Shown here: piece by piece, positions 11,091-24,939 of the stretch | How the letters are laid out: each line of letters opens with the position of its first letter | How positions within the stretch are numbered: position 1 is the stretch's first letter | Notes under the pieces: model-generated | Told to the model about the DNA's origin: nothing | Databases searched by the model: none | The model's input: the letters and a program-made list of their open reading frames with translations, nothing else | From: Camelus dromedarius | Taxonomy: Eukaryota | Assembly (NCBI RefSeq): GCF_036321535.1 | Contig: NC_087437.1 | Coordinates: 26,290,001-26,354,000, forward strand | DNA: 64,000 nt | Direction of reading: 5' to 3' | Program-made: the position numbers and the translations under genes

Positions 11091-14000
11091 CTTTGTTAAT
11101 CTCTCCCTCCTTTCCCCTAAATTCAGGTTGCTCTAGTCTTTTTCACTCCCTTGAAACATAATTACATGTAACACCGCATTCTATTACATTTTAACTTTTA
11201 CCTCAGTATCTCTTGCCTTGACAACTGGATTGTAAATAGCTGCAGGGCTAGATGCATCTTGCATTTCTTTATGGAATTGCTTCTCTTAAGGTCATAATGC
11301 CTTGTTGAGGGAATGATGATCCTTACATGACCTTTCCTGTTCCTCTTCCAGCGCCCACTGGTGTACTCGTAACCATTTGTAAGGTACCTTCTCACTGTTC
11401 GCTACAGTTTTGGCACTGCATATGGACTCAACTCCTGAACAGGACGGCAAGCTCTTTGAGGGCAAGTGTAAGAGGACTTCACTTTCTTTTTTCTTTTCCC
11501 CATACTTTACAAGGTGTTCTCTACACAGGAGTGTCCAGCCCATGTGGTTGCCTAGCCCAGTGGCTGTTGCCCCAACTATGTCATCTGCCATTTTGCTTCA
11601 GGAAAGCCACCCACAAGCTACTTTTCTTAGCTCTGAATTACTGACTTGGTCTGAGTAAATGATTCCAGCTAAGATGAATGGTCAAAAACTTAGACGGATG
11701 GGTGAGTCATTAAAAGACTCTGGCCCAGGAGCCCTTGAGGCAGAACCTGCCTGGACTTGCTGAACCAGTATGGAGAAAAGTCCCAGAGCAGAGTCACCAT
11801 TAGCAACTGAAGAGGAGCAAAACAGACAAGGACTTTAAATAGGTAAGAGTTTGAATAATAATAGAGTCCAGAAAACTGTTGAAGATTGATCTTTATTTCA
11901 ACAGGAGGATAAGGGCTGACCTGTTCCTTGACAAATTGGACATGGCATTTGTGTACTCATAATTTATTACATCCCAAGAGTCTCAGCACAGTGTCTAGCA
12001 TATAGCGAGTTTGCAAATTCTTACAAGGATTGGTGGTGCCACTCATTTTTGCATTTACTCTCTCCAGGTGCAGTTCTCATTGTCAGGCTTCACTTTGGTT
12101 TTCCTATTAAGTCCATCAGTTGGATGATCCTAAGGAAGATAATTTTGATTATGGTGATGATGGCTGGGACTGTGTTCTGCCTAATGTTATCTATTTCTTC
12201 AGCAATGCAGTTGGACCAGAGGAGAAGGAATTTCTGAGATTTAGTCTTTACATGGGTACTGTGCACAAGTTTTTTATCCTTTAATATTTTCATGATTTTT
12301 TTTTTTGGACTAGAGAAAATAATTTTAAATGGAAAAAGTTAATTAATACTTTTCTTAAGAAAGAAAAATATACTTCTGAAAACTTAACATAAACTGTGTT
12401 TTAGAGGTTAACTAGCCTCCTGCATTGCAAAGTTGCCAATTGCAGCATAAATTATAGGAGGGGAAAATTAGAAGCTTCTTGAACATTTAACATGAGATTG
12501 GCTAGTATATGTGACAGCTCAATATATCCAATGAAATATTTGGTAGCTATCAGAAATAGTATTTATGAAGACAATGCACCAATGTGAAAAAGATAATTTT
12601 TAAAATAATTTTGATGAAAAAAAAATCCAGAAACAAACATCAATATCATAATTACAACTTTGTTCAAAAACATGGGGAAAAAATGAATGAAACTGAGATG
12701 CTAACGTAATACAAAAAAAAAAAAAACCTACATAAAAATAAAAAAGATAAGTGTGTCTCTCTGTGTATTTAGATCTGTGTAAATCTATAAATGTGTAACA
12801 TAATAGAGAAATTGAATCATTGCTCTCAGAAGCCCAAACTCTATTATTAATACTATTTTGGGTGTGATGAAAGAACTAATTAGCACTGTTTTGGAGGAAA
12901 TTCAAGGTGGTCAGTATTATTCATATATTTAAGAAATATATATGTATTTTTTGAGTGCCCACTGTGTGCAAGACCAGAAGTGGTCTTTCAAACTGATCTT
13001 GGAAGAGTTTGCCACCTGACAGGGCATTCATTGGTTGACGAAGTCATTCAGCTCCTCCCTCTACCCAAATAAGTCCCAGATCTGGTTACAGCAGCTGTTC
13101 AAGCCACTTCTCTCCCCTGGTCTTATTTGTCATGTTGACCAGAGCCAAGCACAAACAAGCTCTCCTATTATCTCTCTGTCTCAGAACTGTCCAGACTCAA
13201 GTGAGGTTACTTTTCGTGCCTGGTCAAGAAAGGTCAACTCGTGGTTTGGAGCCAAGGACACGAGGAGAGGACCAGCCAGCCCAAGACAGGGTGGAGAGAG
13301 GACCCAGGAGGCAAATGCTGACCCTATGGACATAAGTTCAACTCACACATGCTTAAAAACAACAAAGGTGTCCTTTAAAATATATATATTTGCAGTTAAT
13401 CTTCAATAAGAGGGTGAATTTATTCTTATACAGTGTCTGCCATACAATAATTCCTAATTTGATTGTATGATTATAGACATTTCCACCTAGTTATAATTAA
13501 AAGTTATTAGTATTTCAATTACTATAATAAGAGTAATGTTTATATAATATTTTACAGACTACAAAACAATTTCACATGTACAATCACACAGGTATCTCAC
13601 AGTCACTCTAAGAATTGCAGGCAAGGCTTACTAGAACTCCTATTTTGCAGATTAGAAAACAAAGGTTCAGAAAAATTTGTGCCTTGCCAAAGGTCATTGA
13701 GTTCTAATAGAAGAGCTAGAATTCAAACCCTCTAATGCCTCCAGGCTCTCAAATTATATTTCTCATATAACTTCTTAACTGAACCAGAGTCTTAATTCTT
13801 TCTCCTTCATGAGCATACAGAATTCTGTTTGTTCCTCAAAAAAAAAAAAAAAAAAAAGGGAGAGAAGATATTTTTAAAGTTATTTTTTCTCCACTGACTT
13901 ACAGAATCATTTCACAAATGCTTTATCATCTAGTGGCCATTCAGTGCACTGAAAAATAGAAATTTAGTTGTCTTCTTCCTCTCATTAAGTAAATGAAAAC

Positions 14001-16807
14001 TCAAATGTGTTGGAGGTAACTTAAAATGCAATCAAGTCCTGATTAATGGAGTATTTGTGTGTATTAAAGAATCCTTCTGTGTTGTGACTCATCACTACTA
14101 ATTAATGTGGAACAGGCAGTCCTTGTTTGTTCTTTTTTTTTTTTTAAGGGTTGCAGTCCTAAAGTCATTTCGTAAATTGGTCATTTGGAACTCAATGTAT
14201 TTTGTTTTAGAAAAAAATATATCACTAATGATGGCTAGGCACTATACCTTAGCCATATAACTCAGGGCTCTCACAGCACCCAAGCCTTAGAGCCCCCAAA
14301 CCTCAGTCTGTCCTGATCCTCAGACTGTCTTTCTAGATCCTTTGAGGGCTGGTGTGAGGAAAGAGAACACAGAAAACAGGCATATTTCTTCCTGTAGTGA
14401 GAAGAAATTCCTATAGGACCAAAGTGCTTCCTGTGAGTCCAGGACTACTTGGTTGGGCAAATTCACATTTTCTGTGTCATACGCTTGCCAGGAGTGGGAG
14501 GAAAAGTCATTAAGACTCCTCCTGGCTGCGGGTAAAAAGTTATGTTCTCTTAAGCAAAAGGGAGCAATTACAAGAATACTGCATAGAACTTGACAAAGTC
14601 TATCTCTCTCTCTCTTTCCCCCTGTGCTTCTCGCTGCATATCTACTTCATTCTTCTTTGGCACCCAGCTTTTTCTGCTCTTCAATCCACATGGCACATGA
14701 TTGTCTACACCTCACATTATATCATATGCAGTTCCTCTTAAAAAATAAATGGACTTTTGCCTCAAGTCTAAATCCCCAGGGAAAGGTGTCTGATTGGTTT
14801 CACTTGAATCAGGTCTATCCCGGGACCAATCACCTTTGATGGGGGTGGGGGCTAGGAATGAGAGCAAGGTCAAGAATCAGTGCAATGAGCATGATTCTAA
14901 AGGGAAGGCAGGAAGCTCTCAGGAAAAAGGCTCAGGCAGGGAACCCCAGAGATGGAAGAGCTGCCTATGTTCATATGTTGGCATTTCTAAGCATGAACAC
15001 GAGTCTTTCAGCTCTTTGCCTTTTAGAAACAAATCACCAACAAAATACTTAGAGGTATCACATTGTGCCCTTACAGTCAATTTAAGGACTACACGGGCAC
15101 CAACCTAGTGGCTGTGCATCGTAGTTCTACTGAATCATTGTCTCCCAATTTTGGGGCAAAGATTTTAGGCAAGAGACATTTTCTTGTTTATTCTGTGTGT
15201 TTTCTCCCACCTGCCATCATTTTTGTGTTTCACAGGAGGGAAAAGAATCTGAAGATACTTGAAAAGAGACTTGGAACACCTTGAGGAAATGCAAACAAAA
15301 CAAAACAAAACCCAAAAAACTGAAAGAGAAGTTCTCTGAGATGTAGCCACAACCCTACTAAAAAATTCTGTAATTTCTGTCTATTAATCTGCCAATCAAG
15401 GCTCTTCCTGGTATTGATTGCACAGCCCGGAATTCAAGGTTAGAGATAATAAGGTAATTCAGTATGACTGGCAGACACTGCATCTATAAATAAAGCTGGT
15501 TAACGGCTTTAAAGGAAAAAAGTTTCTACATTTTCAGTCGTCCACTTCTCTTGCAAAAATGAAAAGACTGCCTTATTTTCAATTAAATACGGTAACTCGT
15601 ATCTTTCAATGAGGAATGACCAAGTTCTCTGATGTTGATTTAAATACATCTCAGGTGAGAAATCTCTCTCCTATATGCCCCAGGGTTAGGTATATTGAGG
15701 TGTCCAAGAGCCCACGCTTCATTACTTCGTATCACAAGCTAAGGTTTTAAGTTAGAAGTGATGGGTCCCATTCTTAGAACAAAATTAGTCACCAATGGAG
15801 AGAGACTCTTTTGATGAATTCTCTGACAACCGTGGAGCAATAGTTATATTGATTCTTCCACATAAGCTCTACTCACCAAAAAAACGTCACATGGGTTTCA
15901 AAATGTTTTGTGTTACTGATTGAACACCCCAAGAAACAAATCTCAGTTTGTTAGGCTGAAAAGACAGACAGAATCTGGTGGTAAATTTCATCCTTACTAA
16001 TGAATCCTCCCTTTGACTTTCGGAGCAGCTTGGCCAAATGAGTTCAGAGACCAAACTTTACAGCCTCCAAAGAAAACTGTTGGTATGGGAGAGACCCAGC
16101 CCATTTTACCTAAAATTACCAAAAGCCTTTGTGCAGAATCCAAGTGTTTACCTTTAGTCAGTCTTTTCTATTTCATCACTGCCAGGAGATTTGTTTTCGT
16201 AGGAGAGGCAATAAGAACCCCACATGTAGATGTTTTCCTACCCAGACTTACTAACTTGCAAGGGAACCTCCTCAGTGGCCACAAAATCTCACCAAGGAAA
16301 ATCCCAACCAAGTTTATTCCTGTACCGGGTCCATTAATACACAGCTTGGGGCAGAGTGTGTAGCCCGTCTGGAAACAAGAGTGCTCTTTCTTCTATTTAT
16401 CACAAAGCCATCTGAACTCAAAAGGACCTCACTTAAATCAGGAATTTCTATTCTTCTGGAAATGTCATTTCCTTTGAATTTGCACTTCTGTGGTTTAAAG
16501 GAGACAAACAAACAGGATTCCTATCACTAGAATGCAATGGGAAGGGGAAAGGGAGGGAACCATAAATGTAATCCAGGAAAACTTTGAAGGTGAACTTACC
16601 CTTTTGCAAATAGACAAAATAGACCTCTATTTCCCTAGTATAAGTTCTGGAAGACACTAACACATCCTGTGACTCCTCTGCAGAGTTAAATGATGGTAAA
16701 CTGGCCCACAGAGATACCTGTATTTATCCAGTGTTTAAACTCTCCATCAAGGGAAAACAAATTAAGAAAAACAAATGGTTACTTGGAAAATAACTACAAG
16801 CATGATT

Positions 16808-17274
16808 TGTGGGTCAGTTCAGATCCACCAGGAAGCAGACACCAAGATGGAATTAGAAGAGCAAGAGATGCACTGGGGGAAATGGCTGTAAAGAATTGAG
16901 GGGAGAAGGAAGAGCAGGCAGGAGAGTCTTCGGATTGCAGTGCGGACAGGACACCTGAGAAAGGAGGAGAGAAGGAAGGATGGGTGTGAAGAGCTTCAAA
17001 CTGCAGTGCAGTTCTGAGAAAGTCCTGGCCAGGCCAACGCGGAGCTCTGACACAATGATTGACTGACAGGGTCCCACGATGTGCAGGAATGGCCTGGCTG
17101 CAGCCACCCACTGTGCGCAGTCATTGGCAGGAGGAGAGCATCAGCTGTCAACTTCACAGCTGTGGCAGTGGGGGCTGCCAGCTCCATGCTCTCCTCACAG
17201 CAGATTCTCTGCTGAAGGGAGCCCTGAGCAGTGAACCCGCACAGTTTTCACCAGGGTCTATACAGACTGCAACA
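16808..17274 (-). mobile_element. ERVL-class LTR (3' LTR of adjacent proviral remnant)
   Basis: tgtgggtcagttcagatccaccaggaagcagacaccaagatggaattag... is typical of an ERVL LTR read in reverse; TG...CA termini; directly abuts ERVL internal sequence. Confidence 0.65.
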
Positions 17275-18560
17275 CGTGGACGGGCTTCTCCATCTATTCC
17301 AGGATGCAGTTCTTCCAAAGTGCCTGTGGACCTCTCCTCCTGAGGGGAAACTTAGAAGAGGGACATTAGTGACTCAAGCCACAGCAGTGACTCAAGCCAC
17401 AGCCCCTGTGTCTGCATTTGGTCTTGAGGCCACAGCTGGCACTTACTCTCTCCTCCACGATCCCCTCTGAAGTCTCCACATCCTAGGATGTCACCTCTGC
17501 AGGTTTTGCTGGCTTGCTTACCTGGTGGTGCAACTCAAGCCTTCACTCCGAGGAAGTCCAAGCCCTTGGAATCATCCCTTCTCAAATCGGGGCTGTTGTG
17601 TATGTCCATCCATTGTTATAATCGGGAAAGCAAATCCCCAGAGGCACCAAGTGATCACCTGGTTACGCTCATTGCTCTCCGACTCCACCCCAAACCCTGC
17701 ATGTGCAGTAATAGCTTCAGCTTCTCCCACATCTTAGGGTCATTGATTCTGGCCAGAATGGTGGTAACTCTTCTCACCTGGCGGTTGTGGGCACAGGAGT
17801 CTAAAGTGCCTGCGTGGCATTCATTAATGACAGTTCAATGATTCCCGTCGTGCCCTCTAGCAAGAGTGCACAACCTAGGGGACCTGGACCTCTAACTCTA
17901 CAAAGCCCAAATTTGTGAGGAGGAGAAGCATAAAGTTCCCTAATGGGTCACTGGCAGCGATGATAAATGGGCCTCCTCTTGCTTCCACCCCTTTGTTCTT
18001 GTGCCCGTGTGTTCTTCTTCTAAGTTACATAATATCTAAGGTCTCCGACTTAGTGTATACACTGCACCCTCAAGGATGCCACTTCATCCCTGCACCTTCA
18101 GTGGTGCCTTCTGTCAGTTTAGCTAATTCTAGATACTGAGGTATGTAATACAACCAGTGGGCCCGACAGCTAAAGGGTAATTTCTACACCTCCTTTGTGG
18201 CCAAGTGGATTCCTGGATGGGATGCTATGTTGTGTGGGATTTTATGCCTATGAATCAGATATTCTGTAATTTTCCAGATAGTGGTGCTAACTGAGGCTCT
18301 GTGGGCAAGAAAAGCAAACTCAGATCTAGAATACATTTCTACTCCTGTGCAGATAAACTGGATGGAAGAAGCCCACTGTAGTCAATTTGCCAAGTGGCCG
18401 GTTGGACTCTTCCAGGAATAGTACCATATTGGAGGCTCAGTCTCTGTTGCTGGTACATTGGACATTTGGAAGCAGCAGGAACTAGATTGGCTTTGCTTTT
18501 GGTAAGTGGGAGTCCATGCTCTTGGGCCCATGAATGGCCTCTGTCTCCATCAACTTTTGT
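17275..18560 (-). mobile_element. ERVL internal remnant: degenerate integrase and dUTPase-like region
   Basis: Minus-strand peptides SWAQEHGLPLTK...KCPMYQQQRLSLQYGTIPGRVQPATWQIDYSGLLPS, TGVEMYSRSEFAFLAHRASVSTT and PHNIASHPGIHLATKEV* resemble ERVL integrase. QVRRVTTILARINDPKMWEKLKLLLH resembles the ERVL dUTPase region. Stops and frameshifts are present. Confidence 0.85.
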
Positions 18561-20604
18561 TGAAAAAATTATGTGCCTTCCAAAGAAAAAAACAAAAACA
18601 AAAACAAAACCCAATATTTGATTCTGTCTTTGTATATTTCAAGGACCAGCCCATAGTTTCTAAAGTAACCTAAATTTTTTTACATGTAAGATAAAATTAT
18701 TTTTATAATTTTTAGTTTTGAGTTTTAGATATAGTCCAAGTCAAACTTCTTCCTCTGAAATTCTGTTCCCTTTTTGAGTAGATAAACTTCAGTGGTTTTT
18801 CTCCCACTACTTTTGAGAAAAGGTCCTCCTATAATCCGCACACGCTTTCATCTTTCATTAGAAAGTGAAGCAACAGCAACATCAATTAAAATGACTTCAG
18901 AGACAGTATTTTCCCAGCTTTCTTAGAAAGCCTGTTATGTCAAGTGGTATTAAATCTGAGATCTCTACAAGAGCATTAGTTTTTTTGCCTTAGATTTTAG
19001 GGCAAGATGCATCTGTAGTTATCTCCAGCTACTCTTTCATCAAAGAGCTATCAAGCACCTGTTTAGTGCGAGGCAGATCCCAAGATCTATGGGAATCATA
19101 AAGATGAACAGACACTGTGATGAAAGCATTAATATACGTGTTTTCTTTCAAGGTGGCTGTGATGTTTATACCATCACCTCCACCATCACTGCTATCACTA
19201 TCAACACCACCTCCACACCTCTCTCACCACACTTACTACCTCCACCACCACCATCAGCAGCCTCATAGGTCTAACAGCATAAAACACATTTACTGTGAAA
19301 ACTAGAATTAAATAAAGAACTTTAACCTAAAGCTTTTTTGGAAAACAGTATCTCTTACGCTTTTAATTTTGTACTTTTCTTGCTGTGTATCACATATTGC
19401 CAGATGATACACACCAATACATTGAAATTTTCAGGGCAGCTCTTCCAGCATTTTGACATGCTTAAGAGGAGATATTAAGTGTGAAGAAAATCATAGAAAT
19501 TACTTATTCCAACTCCCACATTTTTTAGATGAGGAACATAAACCTCAGAGAGGTGAAGTGACTTGTCCAGGTCAGATGAGTAGACAAGGACAGATCAAAA
19601 TAAGAACTCAGTCTTCCTAAGTTTCTCACTGCCCACGGTCTTCCTCCTTCCTACTCACTTGCTGTAAGAGGACTAAGTAAGGGACTGTCAATCCAGCCAG
19701 ACAAAAAAGTTATCACACCTATTAGGCAGACAGAAACTCTCTGAAGGACAGAAGAAACTGCAAATCCTCTCCCAGAAGTCCTTTGTCAGCTCAGTTTGTG
19801 GCGGGTTATGTAAATGAGGAGGCCCTGTATGAGAATGAGGTTATGAGTTTCCTGGGGATTAAGCATGATAATGCGGTGTGCCCAGGGAAGAAAATGATAC
19901 TTTGCACTTGTATACCTTTCACCCAGCCAACAATAATAAATAAGACTTTGTACTTTCAGCCAAATATCGCAAAGTTCTCAACAAATGTTTAACTCACGAA
20001 TCCTCAGAACAATCCAAAGGAAAATTTTTGAAAGAAAAGAAAGAATCCAATTCTCATTCTCACGATTCAGTGGGAAAACCTCAGGTCAGAAGAAATGAGT
20101 CCACACTTACCAGTGACACTGCTGGCAGGACTCTCGAAGCGCAAAGGCATTCCTGTGTCGAACACTGTCTAAGGTGACCTAGACACAGGATTTTCAAAAG
20201 GGCAGAGGTGAACCAGAAAAGCCCCTGCTTGTTCTTCCAGCCCAATGAATCTATGAAGCTTTCAAAAGAGGTTTGGTTTTTTAAAGGTTCTTTGAAGTCT
20301 CTTCAAAGATTTTTGGCATGTCCCCTAAAATAATTCTTTAAAACCCTGCAACCCTTCAAAAAGTTTTTAGTTGATGTCTAAGATGTTTCATATGTTTGAA
20401 TAATTGGAAAGGTTGTGATTTCCAATATATTATTAATACAGGTATTTTAAAATAAACTATCACAGTACTCTCTTTAAAAGATTCACTTGCATTTAAAATC
20501 CAAGCAATGTGATGCCCACCATCATCCATTTAAAAATACATAAACAAATTCTGTAACAGTTAGAAATTTTACATCATTCTCCTTTCTCCTTAAGCTCAGT
20601 AAAA

Positions 20605-20862
20605 TTTTTTTTTAATTGAAGTATAGTTGATGTGTAATATTATGTTACAGGTGTACAATATAGTGATCCAGTTTTTAAAGGTTATACTCCATTTACTGTT
20701 ATTGTAAAATATTTGCTATATTCCCTGTGTTGTACAATCTATCTTTGTAGCTTATTTGATATCTAGTAGTTTGTATCTCTTAATCCCCTAGCCCAGTATT
20801 GGCCCTTCTCCCTTCTCCCCACTGATAACTACTAGTTTGTTCTCTGTATCTGTGAGTCTGCT
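20605..20862 (-). mobile_element. 5'-truncated L1 3' end (artiodactyl-type)
   Basis: tttttttaattgaagtatagttgatgtgtaatattatgttacaggtgtacaatatagtgat... is a reverse L1 3' UTR with T-tail. Confidence 0.8.
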
Positions 20863-20964
20863 TAAACTCATAATTTTATCTCACTTCTCCTACATACTTC
20901 AAAGGTCTAATAATTCACTGTTAAAAAAAATTTGTAAGTTAAATATGGAAATATCATATACTTT

Positions 20965-21720
20965 GTTGGGTTGAGCTGTAATAACAAATAGGTGGAAGCA
21001 TGCCTTGGCTCAACACAATTTCTTTCCTTCTCTCATGATAGTCCTGGGTGAGGTGCTCAAATAAGGAAGATGCTCTCCTCCACACAGTGATTAGGGGACC
21101 CAAGTGCCTTCCATCAGTGGCTCCACTATCCCCAATGATTAGGATCTAGCTGGTGGGCCTATTTTTAGGTGTCCTGGGAGCTAACAATAGATTTACCTTT
21201 TTAAATAACTGCTTTAAAAAAAGCAAGCAGAATATGAGACAGAGGCCTTCTGTGGCCTGCAAAGCCCACAGTAATTATTGTCTTGCCTTTTACTGAAGTT
21301 TGCCAGGCTTCTCCTGGAGACTCATTTTTTGTATTTATTTATTTAATTTTGTTTGTGGGGTTTTTTTGTTTGTTTTTTTGAGGGATGTAGTTAGGTTTAT
21401 TTATTTAATTAGTTATTTTAACGGAGGTACTGGGGATTGAACCTAGGGCCTCGTGCATGCTAAGCAGGCACTCTACCACTGAGCTATACCTTCCCTGCTG
21501 GAGATTCATTCTTGACAGCATTTAGTTTGTAAATGGAGAAGCAAAGAGTGCAGGGATGAGATTTTCAGGAACAGGCCTGGAAGTGACCCGCATCAATTCT
21601 ATTCACATTCTGTTGCCCAGAACAACTACATGGCTACCCCTTGCAGCAAGGGAGACAGTGAAATGTAGGCTGGGTGTGCACCCAAGAAGGGGAGAACAAA
21701 TTTGGGGAGGCAGCTCATAG
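20965..21720 (-). mobile_element. MLT1-type MaLR LTR interrupted by a MER58-like fragment and a SINE
   Basis: MLT1 motifs on both sides (ctccacacagtgattaggggacccaag...; ggcctggaagtgacccgcatca...cacattctgttgcccagaac). MER58-like tggcctgcaaagccc...ttttactgaagtttgcca at about 21240-21305. Confidence 0.55.
21327..21495 (-). mobile_element. tRNA-derived SINE (camelid Vic-1-like)
   Basis: Reverse complement reads gggaaggtatagctcagtggtagagtgcctgcttagcatgcacgaggccctaggttcaatccccagtacctcc (A/B boxes) with AT-rich tail. TSD tcctggagactcatt / tgctggagattcatt. Confidence 0.9.
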
Positions 21721-21949
21721 ATTCTAAAGTATCAAAAAGAATTTTATCATTATAATTATTAGTAGTATAAAATTTATCAAAATAACCCACATATAGGACA
21801 AATTCAGATAAACATTAAACATAAAAAGTAAAATGTTATTAAAGTTGCAGTTCTTAATAAGGCGAGACTGTTTACTTTTCAATTAGTTCATGTGTCCCAA
21901 GTTAGAGCATCAATTTCATTCCTACTTTTCATTTTTATGAATTTTTCTC

Positions 21950-22420
21950 CGTTTTATTGAGATATAATTGACATACAGCACTGTGTAAGTTTAAGGCATA
22001 CAGCACAATTGATTTACATACATTATGAAATGATGACCACAATAAGTTTAGTGAACATCTACCATCTCATATGAATACAAAATAAAAGAAAAAAATGTAT
22101 TTTTCTTTGTGATGAGAACTCTTAGGATTTACTCTCTTAACAATTTTCATATATAAACATACAGCAGTGCTAATTATATTAATCATGTTGTACATTACAT
22201 TTGTAGTACTTATTTATCTTATAATTGGGAGTTTGTGCCTTTTGACTGCCTTCATCCAATTCCTCCTTCCCCCACCCCTAAACCTCCTCTTGTAACCAAA
22301 AATCTGGTATCTTTTTCTATGAGTTTGTTTGTTTTTGAAGTATAATTGACCTACAACATTATATGAGTTTCTGGTGCACAAAACAGTGATTTTATACATT
22401 ACAAAATGATCTTCACTCCT
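21950..22420 (-). mobile_element. L1 3' end (L1MA9-like)
   Basis: ttttattgagatataattgacatacagcactgtgtaagtttaagg...gtgatgagaactcttaggatttactctcttaacaatttt. Confidence 0.8.
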
Positions 22421-24338
22421 TTTTATAAACATTACCGCCAAGAAAATTTTACAGAAATAAAAGGATGAGAATGCACGAAGCGTTTTAAAAAGGCAATCTT
22501 AACTAAATTATGTGAACGTCATACTTTTATAACAAATAATTTTATCATCTATCATAAAAAAATTTGCTTTAATAATCCATCAGTTAACAACTCAACTGAG
22601 GACTCCTTCAATTTTATGGAAAGTTTTTTTTTATTAGAAACAAACTGACTTGCAAAATGATTTGATACCCAGTTACAAAAGCCATTTACTTCTGCAATTT
22701 CTGGGAGGTTTGCTAACATTTCTACTAAGATTTAGTCATTTAAATGACTACCTCTAATCTTTTCCAATTAGAGGTGCCTTATATACTCTGAAAAAATTTT
22801 AAAAATATGTTTGCCAGTATATTATTTTCAAAAAAATTCTAGTTTTTAAATAATATTTTTGTCAAAAGCTTGTAGCTACTGATTTAGCTCATTTCTCTTA
22901 TAGGAAATACTTTCCATACAGACTAATTGGAAAAGGCAGTCCTCACTGTCAAACCAATCAGATAAATCAGGTAAACACATGTATTCCATTGGAAAAAGTC
23001 TAAATTTATTTATCAGTTCAAATCAAGTTAAAATGCAATTTGAAGAATAGTATGAAACCACAGAGAAATTATGGAACACGCCTTGTAAGATAAATTACTA
23101 AAAGTCATACATCAGGATGTAGAGCTAATGTAATTATTTTACCAATTTAAAATGTATAAAACAATTTAAAAATGCTATTTCTCATTACTTAATTTGTAAT
23201 AATACAATAAAATGTGGCTGAAATATTAGTTACTTACGAGGTAAGGAATAATGCAAGTCCTAGTATTTCTTTGGTAAATGTACATGTGTGTAGGTAATGG
23301 ACTCTGGGGGAGAAAACTGAATCAAAATCACACATAAAAATCAGAATATAATCTATTAAGGTTTTAAAAACTTATTAACTTTCCTATTTGTTTAATGAAA
23401 GAGAAGAACTATCAACTGCTAAAAACTATTCGGCAGCTAGCATATATTTTATTTTGCATTAATATTTTAAAAGAGTAAATAAGATGAGAATTGACTACCA
23501 CTGTAAAAACATTCCATGATATAATTTCATACATGTAAGTTTTTATTACTCTATTCAGTGATACCCACCTTATATAAAAAAAAGCATGTGAAATTTTATC
23601 CATGAGTTTTATCTAGTATAGTAGAGAATACAGCAGTCTCATAAAACATTTTATTTATATTAAAAAGAATTTTCCTATCACCCCCTAATTTGCAGAAGTT
23701 TAGACAGCATCATTCACACTCTCTTCTAGTGAATGTGGACAGCACTTGAACACACATAAGAGACTCCAGCGTGTGCCCATCAATTATGCCCCTCAGCCCT
23801 GCATCAGCACCAGAAACCTGTACTGCTCCCTCTCACGGGGATGACTCTTTCCAACCAATGACACCACCCAGGACGGAATTTTGACAATAACTGAAAACAA
23901 ATGGCAGACACCATTTTCAGCATTTCAAATGTTATTTACTTTGTGGTCATGGGTCTCTCCCTCAAGAGTTACACATTTTTTGACAGTGATCAGATGTTTC
24001 ACCTCTGCACTCCACAACTATCTGAATACAGAGCTTCTAGCACAGGCCCAAATTCCCCAAGTATAAAGCCACACCTCACCCTTCATGGAAAGACCCGTCT
24101 GGTATTTTCCTTAATCATAAAGGAGGCTTTCCCAAAATCAAAACTTCAAATCATCCCTTTGTTTGCCTCTTCCCTCACTCCCCAGAGCTTCTCAAGATCC
24201 TGGAGGCAATATTCCAAGGCAAGATTCAGGATGAGTAAGGAGAACAGAGATTACTTCGAAATGGAGGATGAAAATAAAGAATTTGTATTAAAACATAAGG
24301 CTAGTTTTCAGAAAGAATAAGTTGAAAACCTGGAAACT

Positions 24339-24420
24339 GGCTGTACACCAGAAATCCACACAATATTGTAAACTGACTATACTTCAATGAAAAAATATAT
24401 ATATAAACAAACAAACAAAA
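24339..24420 (+). mobile_element. Young, severely 5'-truncated L1 3' terminus (82 bp)
   Basis: gctgtacaccagaaatccacacaatattgtaaactgactatacttcaatg plus A-rich tail. Perfect 14-bp TSD aaaacctggaaact at 24325-24338 and 24421-24434. Confidence 0.9.
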
Positions 24421-24939
24421 AAAACCTGGAAACTAATGCTGTTTAAAAAAAAAAAAGTGTACATATACTTCTTCAAAGTTGCTTAACCCAATTGGAAGAT
24501 TGCTCTTTTAGGGAGATTTCTGTAGGTCATGCCTTTGGTTAGACAAAATAAATATTTAGGAGAGAACACGTATCTCTGTTTTCTAGTACAGCTGAAAGCT
24601 AATATATCTGGTGCCAGCCTTTTACATTCCAAGCTCTCTGGTTCTTTCAACTCTTATGTTTTATGATTTGAAAATTCTATGTTAAATTTGAATGTTTTTC
24701 TGAAGGTCAGGGAGAACCAATGACATTTTTTTAACAGAAGGGCACTGTGGCAAGGCAGTGTTTCTGGAAGATGAATCTGGCAACTTTGTGTAAGGTGGGC
24801 TGTGTGGGAAAGAATATTGGGAGACCAGTTAGGAAGCTCTTATACTTGTCCCTGAGGGAGGTTACAAGGGCTTGGACTAAGGAGGTAGGAGGAAACTAGA
24901 GTGACCTATCTTCCTTCTTTTTATTTCCCACGCCTTTCT

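Noticed and set aside
18339..18614. Functional or domesticated integrase gene
   Set aside because: Only a fragment; the Zn-finger residues are degenerate and the downstream core has stops and frameshifts.
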